Below, piece after piece: positions 61,601 through 64,000 of a stretch of 64,000 nucleotides of DNA. Below the pieces are notes generated by a model, which was not told the origin of the DNA, ran no database searches, and saw only the letters and a list, made by a program, of their open reading frames with translations. The DNA is from Haplodiscus bocki (lineage: Eukaryota). The stretch lies in the NCBI GenBank assembly GCA_965655095.1, contig OZ296650.1, positions 115,320,001 to 115,384,000 of the forward strand. Reading direction: 5' to 3'. Positions within the stretch are counted from its first letter, which is position 1; each line of letters begins with the position of its first letter. The translations under genes and the position numbers were made by a program.

Positions 61601-64000
61601 AGGACGTTCCTTTTGTTTACTTGTTTTTGTGTTAGATTTCTTGTTAACATAGTTTTAACTGAGTAAGCATCAAGTTCGGGATTTATTGGCTACTTCAAAA
61701 ACTAAGAAACTCTGTTTCCATATTTTTTGGTACAGTTTCAGCAAAAAGAGTCTGTGGTGTCACACACTGCTTTTTGTTTCAGGTCCGATCTTTTTTCGAT
61801 GACTTTTCTGCGATAAACACTTGAAAATCGAGACAAAAGCGACAAGTTGGACGTTAATTGTCATCATATAGGTCATTTGATTCCTCAAGTAGGGCTTCAA
61901 GTTACCTCAATTTTGCAGGAGCTCAATGAAGACACTCTGTGCTATTGAAAAAGTGATTCCAGTCCGACTACTTTTAGACTGTTTTTTTTGCGAAACAAAC
62001 GTTTGAAAACTTAGCTAGTTATAACTTCCCTGCACTTTTAGTAAATTTTACATTTTGTATTTCTTACGGCTAAAGTTGCCGTAAGGATGTTGTATTAGGA
62101 TTTCTGAATCGTTCAGTAATTCGCATTGTGTTTTTACAACCTTACTTGTATTTTTTTCAAAGTTTTACTGCAAATTCTTGTGTAGTTCACATACTAGTAT
62201 TGTCACAACTAGCAGTGCTCTGAAATGTAAGGCTAGGAATTTTTGGTGATTTCCAAGCATTGATTTTCAAAGGGATTTTCTAAATGACATTAGGGTTTCT
62301 TCCGAGGTTGTGGGAGATGTTAATGTTTCTTTATGAAAAGTAAATCGCTTTTGAGACTGCTACCCCAGTATTGAATTCTTCCATCTACTAACGGATGTAA
62401 CTATTAAATTGGCCTGCAACTTTACTTTTTGCAATTTTTTTGAATGTTTTGGTTTTTGTGTCATCTGTGACTCTGTGTCATCCACATCTGTGTCATCCAC
62501 GTAGAAGTGAAACGTTCAAGTATCAACTAAATTGAATGAGAGAAAATGTTAATAAGCACGATAAAATCTTTCCTATATTGTTTTTTTCCAAAGTAAGTAC
62601 AAGATGTTCATTTTTTTGCCAACTTTCTTGTTTTCATCATTTTTTTTCCAATGTAGAAGCAAAACAGTGCTGAATGCAATCTTGTATTAGAATGGAGCTG
62701 TTAAAAGTATTAAAATGGAGATGCTGAAAAGGGCAAACTCTGCTTTTCATCGATTTGCCACTGCGCTTCTTCACTTTCCGCTGATCAATCGGAAATGCCA
62801 CTCAACCTAATATCGCTTGCTCATCCAGTATTACTTGGCAAACAGGCTAATTTCGCTCGTAGAATTATCAACTTTTAGATCAAATAGATATTCAACGTAT
62901 CACTGCAGACAGGAGCGTTTCTGTTGGTTATTGTCCAGATGGGTTTCCGTGGGTGGACGATTCAATGAACTGCATGTGCATTCGGCCGACCAGAAAACGT
63001 TTTAATATTTACCGTTGTAATGTATATTGCAAAACGAATCAACCTATCAGAATGTAAATACTTTTCTGTGGTCCTTCACTATTCTAAACAAAGCAAGTTA
63101 GCACCTTTGGAACACCAAAGAAACCTTCTGGACACGTAGAATGCAGTTTTGGCCTTCCTGTTGAAGATTGTTCGCATAGAGTCCGGAAAGTTTCCGCTCA
63201 AGGTACCAAGAAAGAGGTATTTGGGGAATGATCAAACCACATTGTTCTTCTGAATATGTAGAAGGCAATGTTGACGTGGCAACGCTATTGAAACACTTTT
63301 GCCAGAAACCCCAAACATTTCAGGCTCAACGTCTGAACAAAAAATAATTTCGAAATTTTTGTCCGAAAACGTTCCACCAGACAGCCCCGCTGAATAATGT
63401 TTTGTGAACCCTGCTGAAAATGTTTGCATCAAAGTCCAACATTTTTTCGCTGATGTTTCAGAAAAGCTTTTAACTTTTTAAAATTTCCAAAGAGAAATTT
63501 TTGCCAGAAAGTTTCCTGAAAATTTATAATCTTATGTTAGGTTTTAGTTCTGCTGACTGTTGATATTCCTTTTCTCCATATCTACATGGTTTGATTCTAT
63601 CATCATTGTCTTAGTTTACCGCCTTCCACTTGGGAAGGGCTTTTAAAGAGAAAACTCATCAAATGCTCCTCCTTGTGTTAGATTCATGACAGGCCGAAAG
63701 TGCCAAAAAAGGAGTTTAGGGGAGACCGATCTGAGTTTTCAAACTCATGAAACTTCAAATCTACCAAATTGACCTTCTCTTTTGATGGTTCAACTGAGAA
63801 CTTATTATTAGAGGAAAATTTTTCACTAAAAACATTTGATTTTGTTCCTTCTTTTGGAATCCCGATTGTTCACAAATTGCAATGAGTATAGACACATCTC
63901 ACTTACCAAGTTCATTTTGCTCAAAAAACAAGCGGCGGTATGACTTATTCTATCACAGTTACAAGCATCAACGTTTACTTGTGGAGGGATATGTCGAGAA

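Larger units (their letters stand above)
48075..64000. repeat. Tandem macrosatellite: two ~3.94-kb units, three ~1.69-kb deletion units, one ~3.14-kb unit running off the window
   Basis: Marker ..cgaatgcgaa at ~48090, 52040, 55980, 57670, 59360 and 61055. Identical or near-identical spurious ORFs recur at 52550, 56486, 58175 and 59865 (spacing 3936, 1689, 1690). gatctg.gttttcaaact at ~51601, 55519, 57209, 58898, 60589 and 63729. Confidence 0.95.

Noticed and set aside
52550-61666. Repeated short ORFs in the array as functional genes
   Set aside because: Their identity reflects recent DNA duplication; the frames are broken in the diverged units and many start at non-ATG codons.

Overview
AT-rich eukaryotic (animal) genomic DNA with one 200-N scaffold gap (41447-41646). 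Almost all of it is decayed, nested transposable elements. The element families resemble those I associate with acoel worm genomes; this is inference, not established from the window. The only convincing host gene is a minus-strand class A GPCR exon covering TM1-TM3 (29782-30195). Left half: a Penelope-like relic, a LINE relic, a BEL/Pao relic, a Ty3/Gypsy 5'LTR-gag-protease fragment, three solo Gypsy-type LTRs that carry gag-like reading frames inside the LTR, a non-coding LTR element with atypical TA...TA termini, four GG...CC MITEs with 8-bp TSDs (Merlin-like) and several CCC(G/T)-terminated non-autonomous DNA transposons. Right half: a ~12-kb degenerate Maverick/Polinton (adintovirus-like) provirus (pPolB and capsid relics, inverted subterminal 12-bp repeat tracts). 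It abuts a >16-kb tandem macrosatellite (3.9-kb, 1.69-kb and 3.1-kb units) whose unit appears to be a fossil integrase-penton-packaging ATPase-major capsid module of a second Maverick lineage. Protein assignments in decayed elements were read by eye from motif fragments and need HMM confirmation. Element boundaries without TSDs are approximate.
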